From the NCBI GenBank assembly GCA_951406725.2, contig OX597831.1:64666001-64730000 (forward strand): a stretch of DNA of 64,000 bases, written 5' to 3'. Source of the DNA: Octopus vulgaris. Its lineage: Eukaryota. The stretch's first letter is position 1, and each line of letters opens with the position of its first letter. Positions 39,584 through 51,200 of the stretch are shown piece after piece. The notes below the pieces were generated by a model, which was given only the letters and a program-made list of their open reading frames with translations, was not told where the DNA came from and did no database searches. The translations under genes were made by a program, and so were the position numbers.

Positions 39584-41225
39584 AATTGAACATCGAAAAT
39601 ACGACAACTGGAAAGTAAGAAGCCTGTCCCAGCACCGGACTGTCTTTATCCATATAAAAAGATCAAAGGCAAAGTGATCTCGGTAGAATTTCAACTCAGA
39701 CCGCAGAAGGCCTGAACAAGTATTGCAATCTATCTGACATTCTAATAATTCTACCAATTGACCAGTTATTCTCATGACGATCTTGAAGAATATTATGTAA
39801 TATGGTGATATTGCTCGTGAAACTAACAGCTTTTATTACATATATAACACGTACGGGGCTGGCATTGGGGTTGCTGGTGCCCTGGGCAAGCTGAACTTCG
39901 GCGTGTACAAGCTGACGGTCATGGAAATGTCCTTGTCTTTGTCATGCCCTCCTTGGTGCCCTCTAGCACATGGCGCCCCGGGCGACTACCCGAGTTGCCG
40001 ATACCTTGAGTGGGCCCTGAACACGTATGTATTTGATACATATAGCTAACAGCCAGAAATTTCACTGATGCGAGAACCGCTTCCTCCGTACAAATTTTCA
40101 AGATGCCTTTAACAGTACAGATTATGTTTCCATGTAGTTATAATCACATTCCAGTAACACTGGTCAAGAAAGATTTTTCCATTGGAGATTACTTTATGTG
40201 CACCAGAAAACATTTGATTTCAAAACTATCCACAGAGGTTTTTGTAACGTGACTAAATTATATTTTTTCATAATTATATTTGAAAAATACTAAAATTTTT
40301 CAGATCATTATTTCATCACCATGTAAAGACTAACATTTCTTTTTCTGAGCTGAGATTCGAAACCGAATCTAAGGATTCTCACTCGTCTGATCCGCCACTG
40401 GCCAAACAGGCGCAATAGAAATTTCTTTGTCCTGTTAAAAAATGATGGATGGATTTCCCTTCGACCTGACGTTTTAATATCCTGGGGTCCGTGGGAAAAC
40501 TCATTTAAATAAATGGGGTCCTTAGTAGTGAAAATGTTGGGAACCACTGGAGTGGCTGTGTGGTAAGTAGCTTGTCTACCAACTTCGAACTTGAGCTATG
40601 TCATTTAAGGTTCAAGTGGATAGGAAGCAACCTACATCATCATCATCATCATCATCGTTTAATGTCCGTTCTCCATAAGTAGAAATTACTCCTGTGGTAT
40701 ATCTGTCCTTCTAGCTGTCATGAACATTATAAATATAGTAATCCATCAAGGGACTGAAGATAGCCATCAACAAGCAAGACAGCCAGTAAGTAACTTGCTC
40801 CAGTCAAGCAGCCAACATAGAACCACACATTCAGCATGAACGACCCAACTCAGTAGCAATCGCAGAACATTAACAGACACCACCGAATGACCAACGCACA
40901 CACAGACACAAAACATGCCCAGTTCGATCTCATCACATCGACACAGTTTTTTCCTTGTTTATTTTCTTCTTCACCAACTCGAAGCAAGTTGGCAATGTCA
41001 TGTAATGAATTTTTTGGTGTGTACAAGTAAATGCAAGTGTCAATTAAATAAATTATTTAAACCACAATCCGATGCTTTCACATTGTTTTGCTTTGATGTC
41101 ATCCACATGCCTATTTCATCTGCTACGTCAACATCTTTTACTACACCTTTTCCACTACAACCATGTTTTGTGAATGTAAAAATCATCCAGATTTATCCTA
41201 CTATGTTTATGGTACTTTCACAAGT

Positions 41226-41388
41226 AGGCGCAGGAGTGGCTGTGTGGTAAGTAGCTTGTTTACCAACCACATGGTTCCGGGTTCAGTCCCACTGCGTGGC
41301 ATCTTGGGAAAGTGTCTTCTATTATAGCCCTGGGCCGACCAATGCCTTGTGAGTGGATTTGGTAGACGGAAACTGAAAGAAGCCTGTC

Positions 41389-41428
<40 letters not shown>

Positions 41429-41912
41429 CAATCCGACCATGGCCGTTGCCAGCCTCGCCTGACACCTGTGCAGGTGGCACGTAAAAAGCACCCACTACAC
41501 TCACGGAGTGGTTGGCGTTAGGAAGGGCATCCAGCTGTAGAAACATTGCCAGATAAGACTGGAGCCTGGTGCAGCCTTCTGGCTTCCGAGATCCTCGGTC
41601 GAACCGTCCAACCCATGCTAGCATGGAGAACGGATGTTAAACGATGATGATGATGATATATATATATATATTTGTATGTGTGTGTGTATATGTTTGTGTA
41701 TCTGTGTTTGACCCCCTAGCATTACTTGACAACCGATGCTGGTGTGTTTACATCCCCGTCACTTAGTGGTTCGCCAAAAGAGACCGATAGAATAAGTACT
41801 GGGCTTACAAAGAATAAGTCCCGGGGTTGATTTGCTCGACTAAAGGTGGTGCTCCAGCATGGCCGCAGTAAAAAAAAATGACTGAAACAAGTAAAAGAGT
41901 GAAAAGAGAGTA
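41226..41912 (+). mobile_element. SINE family 1 with a nested (GAT)n-tailed RTE 3'-end element (about 41427-41657) in its (TA)n
   Basis: SINE halves flank the insert. Confidence 0.8.
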
Positions 41913-42949
41913 AGTAAGACACAATGTCGAACTACCACAGGGTACCTAATGAGATTATTCCACATATGGGATTATCCCACAGGTTGTCATGAATGTGACC
42001 AATACAAGACGATGCGAATTACATCGAATCTGCTCAACTTGTTCAAGTAAACTACATCATTGATTAAGAAAAAGGGACAATCAAAACTTTTTGCGATATC
42101 CATAATACGAAGAAAGCATAGAAATCATCATATCGACTGCTGTTTTGTAGAGTTATGGTTTACAACGGTCTATTGTGGCCATTGCCCCGATTGTGGCCGT
42201 TTGCCAGCCTCGTCTGGCACCTGTGCAGGTGGCACGTAAAAAGCACCCACTACACTCACAGAGTGTTTGGCGTTAGGAAGGTTATCCAGCTGTAGAAACA
42301 CTGCCAGGTCAGACTTGGCCTGGCGCAGCCTTCTGGCTTCCCAGACCACAGTTGAACCGTCCAACCCATGCTAGCATGGAAAACGGACGTTAAACGATGA
42401 GGATGATGATGATGATGGTTTGATTTTCTGCATGGAACAACTCCAAGATTGTCTGTCCAACGATGAGATAAAAAATGGGGGTGCTGGGTTCTAGCATAGT
42501 ACAATGTTGAATAAAATGTTTTAGAACCAAGAAACCAACAGCGTGAGGAATCCAAGAAAACGGGAATTTGATGTCTAGAATGAAAAGAATCTTGGAAGGC
42601 CAAAGAACAGGAGGACTGAAAAATGGTAGGTCTGATTAGAAGATCTGGTCTAGATATATGAAGATGAGTTTGGTCGGAGTGTTACAACCGAAGTTGTCAG
42701 CTTCATAGATCTGAAGAAGAGTGTGGTGTGCATGTTCCAGAAATCAATATTTTGTAATTTCCTCTTAGGTTCTGGAGATAAAATTCTGCCGAGTTTAACT
42801 TTGACTTTATTGATCTCCTACACGGAGATAATAAAATAAGCAACGATTGTTTAGCCCACGGTTAGCTCTGATTGAGTAGACCTATGATCAGACACATTCT
42901 AGTCCTGACCATTTATTTATTTTTACAACCTCAAACATTTAGAACTGCT

Positions 42950-43372
42950 GGATCTTTTTGGCTTGAACGGCAGTTTTTTCTAGCAGTGTCATATGAAATT
43001 GTCACCCATAATTACGACCCTAGTATCGATCTATTGCATTTCAATCTGTTTTACGGTTAGAGTTAGGAGTTAGGGGTGGGGGGAAGGGTATCTTTTTTCT
43101 TCACAAATGTAAATAAACCCAAACTGTTTCTTAAACGAGGGACATATTTATACAGCACAGAATGTTTTCACTTCAATAGACGTCATTGATTGGTTGAAAT
43201 TGCAGAAATTGAAGAAAAAAACCAACAAATATCTTACAAACTATAGAATTTTCTCAATAAAGCCAAGAGAAAAAGATGTTTTATAAACACATTCTATCAG
43301 TATACGAAGTTTAAAAGTGTTTAGTTATGTGGAAATTATTTTTAAAAACTGCCGTTCAAACCGAAAAGATCC
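42950..43372. mobile_element. MITE family A
   Basis: TIRs; TSD GAACTGCT. Confidence 0.85.
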
Positions 43373-43498
43373 GAACTGCTTTATCCAATCATCGTCTCAT
43401 TTGTAAACTTATAGTTCGAAGCCAATATTGAAAATTAAATCCTCTTTCACAAGTTTGACAAATAAAAAATACGAAAGTGTGGCTGAAGAGAAAGAAAC

Positions 43499-43535
43499 CA
43501 CGTGCAACAGCAAGTATTACAGAATATTTCCCGCC
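43499..43535 (+). promoter_or_regulatory. MCMBP proximal promoter motifs: E-box CACGTG (43499) and E2F-like TTTCCCGC (43527)
   Basis: Motif matches 60-95 bp upstream of the ATG; E2F control is typical of MCM-pathway genes. Confidence 0.45.
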
Positions 43536-43591
43536 ATTCTTGAGCTGTAAACAAGGTGGATCTCAGAGAAAACTTTTGTTGTGCAATCATC

Positions 43592-43649
43592 ATGCCTGGA
43601 TTGTTCGATTACGTTAACCAACCACTTCAAATAATACAAAAATTGTTCG
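43592..43649 (+). CDS. MCMBP: MCMBP exon 1 ([19 protein letters not shown])
   Basis: ATCATGC start, G|GTAAGT donor; resembles recalled human MPCGEDWLSHPLGIVQGFF. Confidence 0.85.
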
Positions 43650-45208
43650 GTAAGTAACAGCTTGTTTTATTTACAGGTGGTGTTATGGAAAATCGGACTA
43701 AATATTTTCATAGTATTTCTTATAGTAAAAGTTTAAGAAAATCGAGAATTGAAGTGATGAAATATACATAGTTCATAAGTGTCAACACACGAAACTCTCG
43801 GCCCTTGAGTCAATCTGTTGCTTCTACTAAATATTAATAATAAAAATATACGGCGAAATTAAAGTATACGGCATAGTTTGCCTATACGGCATAGTTTCGG
43901 TTGTAGTAGCACATGCGAAACTTCGCCAAGAAGTACGTACACCCGGTGGTTGGGGTTAGGGTTTTTGTTACGCCGAAAACGGGTGGTGTACGTATTCTTT
44001 ACCTCCGCCGAAAATAGAACTCAAAATATGATGAGTATAAGTATATTTGGCAGAGGTAAAGACAATGGACCGCACACCCTTTGGGATGTTTTCTTATTTT
44101 TCTATTTTTTTTTTACAGGAACCCACTATATCGAGTGCGGAGATTCCGAATCTGCAAAAAGAAAAAAGAAATCTGCATTTCAAAATTTAAATCCCCCCCC
44201 TCCACAATTTCCAAAATGTTCACTTCAATATACATGTATGTATTTGTGTGTTTGACCACCCACCCCCGCTACAACCGATGTTGGTATGTTTACGTCTCCG
44301 TAATCGAGTGGTTCGGCAAAGGAGACCGATAGAATAAGTATTAGGCTTTAAAAGAATAAGTCCTGTGGTTGGTTTGTTCGACTGAAGGCGGGGCTCCAGC
44401 ATGGCCGCTGTCAAATGACTGAAACAAATAAAGGAATAATTTACTCCCAAAATGAGACTTCGTCCATGTCTATCCACGTGCATTTATGTGCAGGTGCGTG
44501 TGTGGGGGGTTAACTCGAAAAGACCCCAGTACATAATTTTAAAGTCTGGTATTTTATTCTGCCTTTTGCCGAACTGCTAAGTTTATGAGAACGTAAACAA
44601 ACCAACACCATTTGTTGGGGATCTGGGAGGGCAAACAAATACACACACATATATATATGCAAGGTGGTGTTGAAAAGTTCCTGGCTTTCAGAGTATTGCA
44701 AAAGTCCTGGTTGGAAGCCCAATCTTTTGAGTTCTTTTGCAGGGCTTAGAAAAACTGAAGGACCCCTGCAATAAGTGTGTGTGAAGCTGAGAGGGGAATA
44801 TGGTGAATGAAATCATAATTAACTGTTTCTTGTGTATTTTCTTTTACTCCGTGCCAGGAACTTTTTAGCACCTGCTCCTATCACATGTTTCGTCACAGTT
44901 TCTGTTCACCAAATCCATTCCAGATCTGCCCTCTCACACCTACCACCCTCTAATTTCACTCTGCATATAAAAAATCACGTTATCAAAATTTCAAAGCTGT
45001 GAGATACTCTTACTCTTTTACTTGTTTCAGTCATTTGACTGCAGCCATGCTGGAGCACCGCCTTTAGTCGAGCAAATCGACCCCCGGGACTTATTCTTTT
45101 GTAAGCCCAGTACTTATTCTATCGGTCTCTTTTGCCGAACCGCTAAGTAACGGGGGACATAAACACACCAGCATTGGTTGTCAAGCAATGCTAGGGGGAC
45201 ACACATAT

Positions 45209-45262
<54 letters not shown>

Positions 45263-48200
45263 GACGGGCTTCTTTCAGTTTCCGTCTACCAAATCCACTC
45301 ACAAGGCTTTGGTCGGCCCGAGGCTATAGAAGACACTTGCCCAAGATGCCACGCAGTGGGACTGAACCCGGAACCATGTGGTTGGTTAGCAAGCTACTTA
45401 CCACACAGCCACTCCTGCGTGATAATGCATGATTAATTTAAAACAGAGTGAAAAAATAAGCATTCCATTTGACAAAGTAATTTGGATACTGAAGGGTTAA
45501 ACCAAATGATAAGCATTTACACATTTTGTGATCATTCAAAACTAGAGGTGGTTGGTACAACTTTGCTTGACTTTGGAGTGTCAAAACACTACTTCGGCTT
45601 TATTGTTAATAGCGCAAACACTCTGAAAGATATATCATATTGCTATGTTTCCAATTATTTACTTCTGAAATTTCAGTACCTTTTGGTACCTGGCTCTATC
45701 ATAAAAACTTCCCATTTTAAAATGATCTAAATTAAAGTCTTGCGTCTAAATTGCATGCTAATTTATGTTCCCAACTTGAGTTTAATAATGACAAATTATT
45801 GTAATAAATTCTTCATTCATCATCGTTTAATGTCCGCTTTCCATGCTAGCATGGGTTGGACGAATGACCGAGAGCTGGCGAACCAGATGGCTGCACCAGG
45901 CTCCAATCTTGATCTGGCAGAATTTCTACAGCTGGATGCTCTTCCTAACGCTAGCCACTCCGAGAGTGTAGTGGGTGCTTTCTACGTGCCAGCGGCATGG
46001 GGGCCAATCAGGTGGTACTGGCAATGACCTCGCTCGAATCTTTTTACACGTGCCAGTGTAGCAACGTTTGTAACGATTATTTTCAAAATTAATGTATTTC
46101 GGATAACAAATGGGTTAAAAATAAAATTTGCTTAGTGCATGCAGTCCCAGTATACATAAAATAGGAGACTGAAAATGAGCTTCACAATCGTCAAGTAATG
46201 AGAATTATAACTGTATGAAGATGTCAACAGTGCTCTGCTCCAAATGCTTGCTATAGAGTATGTTTTGCTAAACTCACCTGAACCGTTTAGCATTTAAAAT
46301 TACTCCATCAAATGTAATGCTTATTTATTTATGCTTTTGAAGTAATCATGCATTGCAGCTTAAAGATTTCCTTGATGAGGTGGTTGTGTATGTTTTAGAA
46401 TGACATTCTTCTTCTTACAGCATTCACCCGGGGTGGGTTGAGCTGGCTTCATTCATCCTCAATGCTGCATCTCTCACAAACGCTGACCAGGCCTGGCGAT
46501 TTGAGGCTAACGACCACGTGATCCCTAACCACTCCTTATTCCAGCGGTGAACGCCGTAGACATAGGGGCCCAGGTTGGGTTCCAGATCAGCCTTGACTGC
46601 CATCAGCCAGGTTTTTTGTTGTCCACCACGTCGCTTTCGCCAACCCTGAAGGGGAGCTGGAACAATTGCTTCGTAGATGAATTCTCCTGGTTGACGACGG
46701 AGGGCATGACCCAACCAACGCAGACGTCTCGTTAGGATGACATTGTAGGATGTAAGAGGCCAGATTTGGTCAGTTTGAACAAAAAAACATGTAAAATATT
46801 TGGGCCAGATATGTTAGTTAGTTAGTTAGTTAATTTGGCTCAAAAGCAAATAGCAAGGCCATGTAGGGGGACATGGAGTTAAGTACAGGGTGGTGTTCAT
46901 GTAAAGAGTTCAGGCCACTTGAGGTCCAGGGAGGCTTTGAACAAAGCGGTCGTCGGCATCTTCACCATCTCGTCTGGCAGCTTGTTCCACGGATCCGCAA
47001 CCCGGACGGAGAAAGCTCCTCCCCTTCGATTGAGATGAAATCGTCGCAGGTAGAGCTTTTCGGAATGACCCCGCAGCCGACGCTCTGGAGCAGGAGTGAA
47101 GAACAGCTCTTTCGAGAGGTTACACTTCCCGCTTATGATGTTGTGGGCGAGAATGAGATCACCACGGCGGCGGCGTTTTTCAAGAGAACAAAGGTCGAGC
47201 GTCCTCAGCCTTTCTTCGTAGGACAAATTTTTGAGACCATGAACCATGCGGGTAGCCAGCCTCTGGACTCTTTCGAGGTGCTGTATGTCTTTGAGGAGAT
47301 AAGGAGAAGAGGCTTGAATCCCATACTCCAATATGGGTCTCACCAGCGTGACATAGAGTGGCAGGAATATGGCTGCTGTGAGCATTCCGAATGACCGTCG
47401 AATCAAAAACAGAATTCCGCGCGCTTTGTTGGCAGCATGGACGCACTGGGCCGAAGGCGAAAAGGAGGAATCCACCAAGATACCCAGGTCCTTTACCTGA
47501 TCGGTCCTCTCCAGCAGCAGACGACCTGGCTCGAAATCAAGTTGAGTTGCAGGAGTAGAGCCGACAGGCAGATGACAGCACTTTGACACGTTCAGACACA
47601 GGTCCCAATCGTTAGACCACTTTCGACGAAGATCCTCTATACTACCGCGAGGAGCGACCAGTTTGATATCGTCGGCAAATAGAAGGGTGTGTTGCGTGAG
47701 GTCGTCGGGCAAGTCATTTATGAAGACTAAGAACAACTAAGATATAGCCAGTTACAATGCTAAAGGACTGACTGAATGGTTAATCGACTTAAGTGAAGTT
47801 GCAAAGGAAGTGTTGTATAGCTATAACTTGAAGATATTTAAAAAGAATGAGTAAACAGCCATTTCATAAATATTTATCCTTCCACAAGCTAACCACCTCT
47901 GTCTTATAAGCTGTATCCAAATAATCATCATCATCATCATCGGTTAACGTCCGTTTTCCATGCTTGCATGGGTTGGACGGTTCGACCGGGGTCTGGGGAG
48001 CCAGGATCTGCCCCAGGCTCCAGTCTGATCTGGCAGTGTTTCTACAGCTGGATGCCCTTCCTAACGCCAACCACTCCGTGAGTGTAGTGGGTGCTTTTTA
48101 CGTGCCAGTGGCACAGGCGCCAGGCGAGGCTGACGACGGCCACGATCGATTGGTGCTTTTTACGTGCCACCGGCACGGAGGCCAGCCGGGGCGGCGCTGG

Positions 48201-51200
48201 CGACGGCCATGTTTGGATCATTATACATTTGTCTCTTCAACTCTTGCATGAAAAGTTGCTTTTTTTTTTTTTTTACCTATTATTTCCCAAAATACTTTCA
48301 GATCAACAAAGTTCATTGAAACCAGAATCAGTTTCAGACTATTTTAGGAAAGAACTAGAAAAGCCATCACTTGCAGCACAAGTAAGTTTCTTCTTTCATT
48401 CTTTCTAGTGTTTTATGGATTTATTCTTTAAATTTCCTGAGTCACGGAAGGATTATTGCTGGAGATTATATTTTCTAATTAACCCTTTCATTATTGTATT
48501 TATTTTGAGATGCTCTGTGTTTCTTTCAATTACTTTAAATATAACAAAGAATTTAGTAAAATAACTTAGTTATCATTAAGCTAGTGTTAGGAACATAAAC
48601 TGAGACTAAGGTTTGGTGGAAGATTTTAATTCAAAACTTATGAAAACATTTTACCACAGAGCCAGAGCATGTTTTGGCCAGGTTGGTAACGAAAAGGTTA
48701 ATCATTGAGTAGAGAAGGAAGAATATTTATGGTTGTGTGGTAAGAATTTTAGCTTTCCAACCACTTGATCCCACGTTCAGTCCCACTGGTTGGCACCTTG
48801 GATAAGTGTCTTCTATTATAGTCGCAGCCCAACTAAAGCCTTATGAGTGGATTTGGTTGGCAGAAATTGAAAAGAAGCCCATCATGTGTATGTATGTGTG
48901 TGTGTGTTACTGTCTCCTTGCGTGAGTATCGTGTTGTAAGCGAGAGTCACCATCATACAAGTGGTGTCCTTCATTTCTGGTCTTTCATGAAAACATGTCT
49001 GGTTAATGGAGAACATAATCTCTTACATGGTAACCCGTGAGGTTAGGTGTCAAGAAGAACATTCAGCCACTGAAAATCTGCCTCAGCTAATTCTGTCCCA
49101 CCTGTGCGAGCATGATTATAGGTTGGCAAGGTTGATGGAATTGATGTTTTGGCTGTGTTATATTAGAATTATCAGAGACTAGCAGTATCGCCCGGCGTTG
49201 CTCAGGTTTGTAAGGGAAATAACTATAAAGCATTTTTAGAGAGTTATAGCCAAAAAATGGAAAAAAATGATGGTAAATTTTTTTGAGAGTAAAAAAAGGT
49301 GGAGTTGCGTCCCCTAGACGGTTTATGTTTCTGATTCTCGACCCCATGTCGAATTTATCGATTTTTTCAGAACTGGGGGAACTTTTCAAAATTTTCGCTG
49401 CGTTAGTTTTGAATTATGACATTGGGCTATGTGTGTGTCAAGTTTCATCAGAATCGGTTGAAAGCCGTGGTCAGGGTGAGGGTACAAGCAAACAGACACA
49501 CAGAAACACGCACAGACAAACTGCCGTTTATATATAGAGAGATTGTATGGCTTCACACATCTTTGGGTTTTTCCAATATAGTAGACCCACAAATGTTCAT
49601 AATTGTAAACAGTTCTCTTTTTAAATAGGATCTTGAAACAATACTAAATTAATTTTTTGATAACAACATACCTGAAAACTACCTATAGAGCTATGATACA
49701 AAACTTAAATTTCTCATCTTCATGTTTATATTAAAATTTTCCATCATGTATTTATGTACAGATCTTTTGTTGATCATTCAGAAAAAATTAATTGAAACAT
49801 ATTACATTAGAAATTATCATCCAACATTTGATATCCATTTTCCATGCATAGGATGACTTCACAGGAACTGGCAAGGCCAGAGGCCACACTATGTTCCATA
49901 GTCTGTTTTGGTTTGGTTTCTACAGCTAGACGCCCTTCCTAATGCCAACTACTTTAAAGAGTGTACCGGTTGCTTTTTACATGGCACCAGCACCTACTGA
50001 TGAAAGCCAAACGTTTCCCTGCATTATGAGATGTAGTTGTGTTTCCTCAAGTGTTATGTAAATATTGTCAAGAGCATCCTCTCTGTCGTGGCCTGAATTT
50101 AGTAGTAGTCACTGAGTTTATCAGGGTGTGTTGTTGCTGAAGGAATATTGGTAAATGTCCAACTGTACTCCTTCTTATTGACTCTAATTTGTTTCAATTA
50201 CATATATGTACACACAATGGGTTTCTTTCAATTTCTGTCTACCAAATCCACTCACAAGGCTTTGGTTAGGCCAAGGTGCCATGTGGTTGGGAAGCAAGCT
50301 TCTTCCCACACTTGCACCTATAAAATTTCTTTGTACAATGTGAACATGGGATGTTTTGTTTTTTCTTAGGTGAAATCTGTCAACTCCACAGCACTTCACG
50401 ACCTGATTCCCAACTCTTTAGTGCGTTATCGATGTATGGTTCAAGATATGTTTGATCCCGAATTTTACATGGGGACATACAAAATAAAGGACTCCTGCAC
50501 AAAACAAACATTTGTTAAGTGTGGAATGTATCGTGATGTGGCAGAATGCAAGGTGAGTTTTAAAAAGATTTTCTTTTGTTCAATCAGCAGAGACAATTTA
50601 TAATGTATTTATTGCCTAATATCATTATGTATAATTGCATGAAAGCCCCCACTTCTGAAGTTTTGGGCAATATGTTGAATAAGTTAGCACATTACACAAC
50701 TTAATTTGAGTTCAAATCCTTCCAAGGTTATCTTTGCTTTTCGTCCCTCCGGGGTCAATAAAATAAAGTACCAGTCAAATACCGAGGCTGTTGGTATCAA
50801 GTAATGCCCGAAACTTGATACGCCAATTGAATGCCAGCTAGCTGTATGTGATTGGTCAGAGATTTGGACAGTACTCGCATGTATGTGCGCACGCATGCAG
50901 CTGTATATGCATGCACTAGCACTATGACCCGGCGTTGCCAGGTCATAGTGCTAGTTATTAAAATATTTGATAGAAACTTTTATATATGTTATATTTTTGT
51001 TTTAGCCCGAAGAAATTATAACTGATAGTAATCAAATTGTGATGCTTGACCGGCAAACCCTTTACTGTATTCCAATTCCAGCCGAGACACAATGGGTGAA
51101 AAAAATATCCTTTACCATTGATCTACGATTTTATGACCTAAATAACTTTTTCTGATTATTCTATAAATTCTATTCTTAGTAGTAAAAGTCTTTAATATCT

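Larger units (their letters stand above)
37356..40584. repeat. 117-bp inverted repeat arms (37356-37472 and 40468-40584)
   Basis: Read base by base as exact reverse complements. Confidence 0.85.

Noticed and set aside
35379-45436. Recurrent short ORFs such as '[18 protein letters not shown]' and '[18 protein letters not shown]'
   Set aside because: Chance frames through copies of SINE family 1, not a gene family.
46897-47736. Longest ORF (279 aa) as a host gene
   Set aside because: It is the RT C-terminus of a 5'-truncated CR1-type LINE inside an MCMBP intron; the overlapping plus-strand ORF 46873-47394 is its antisense shadow.
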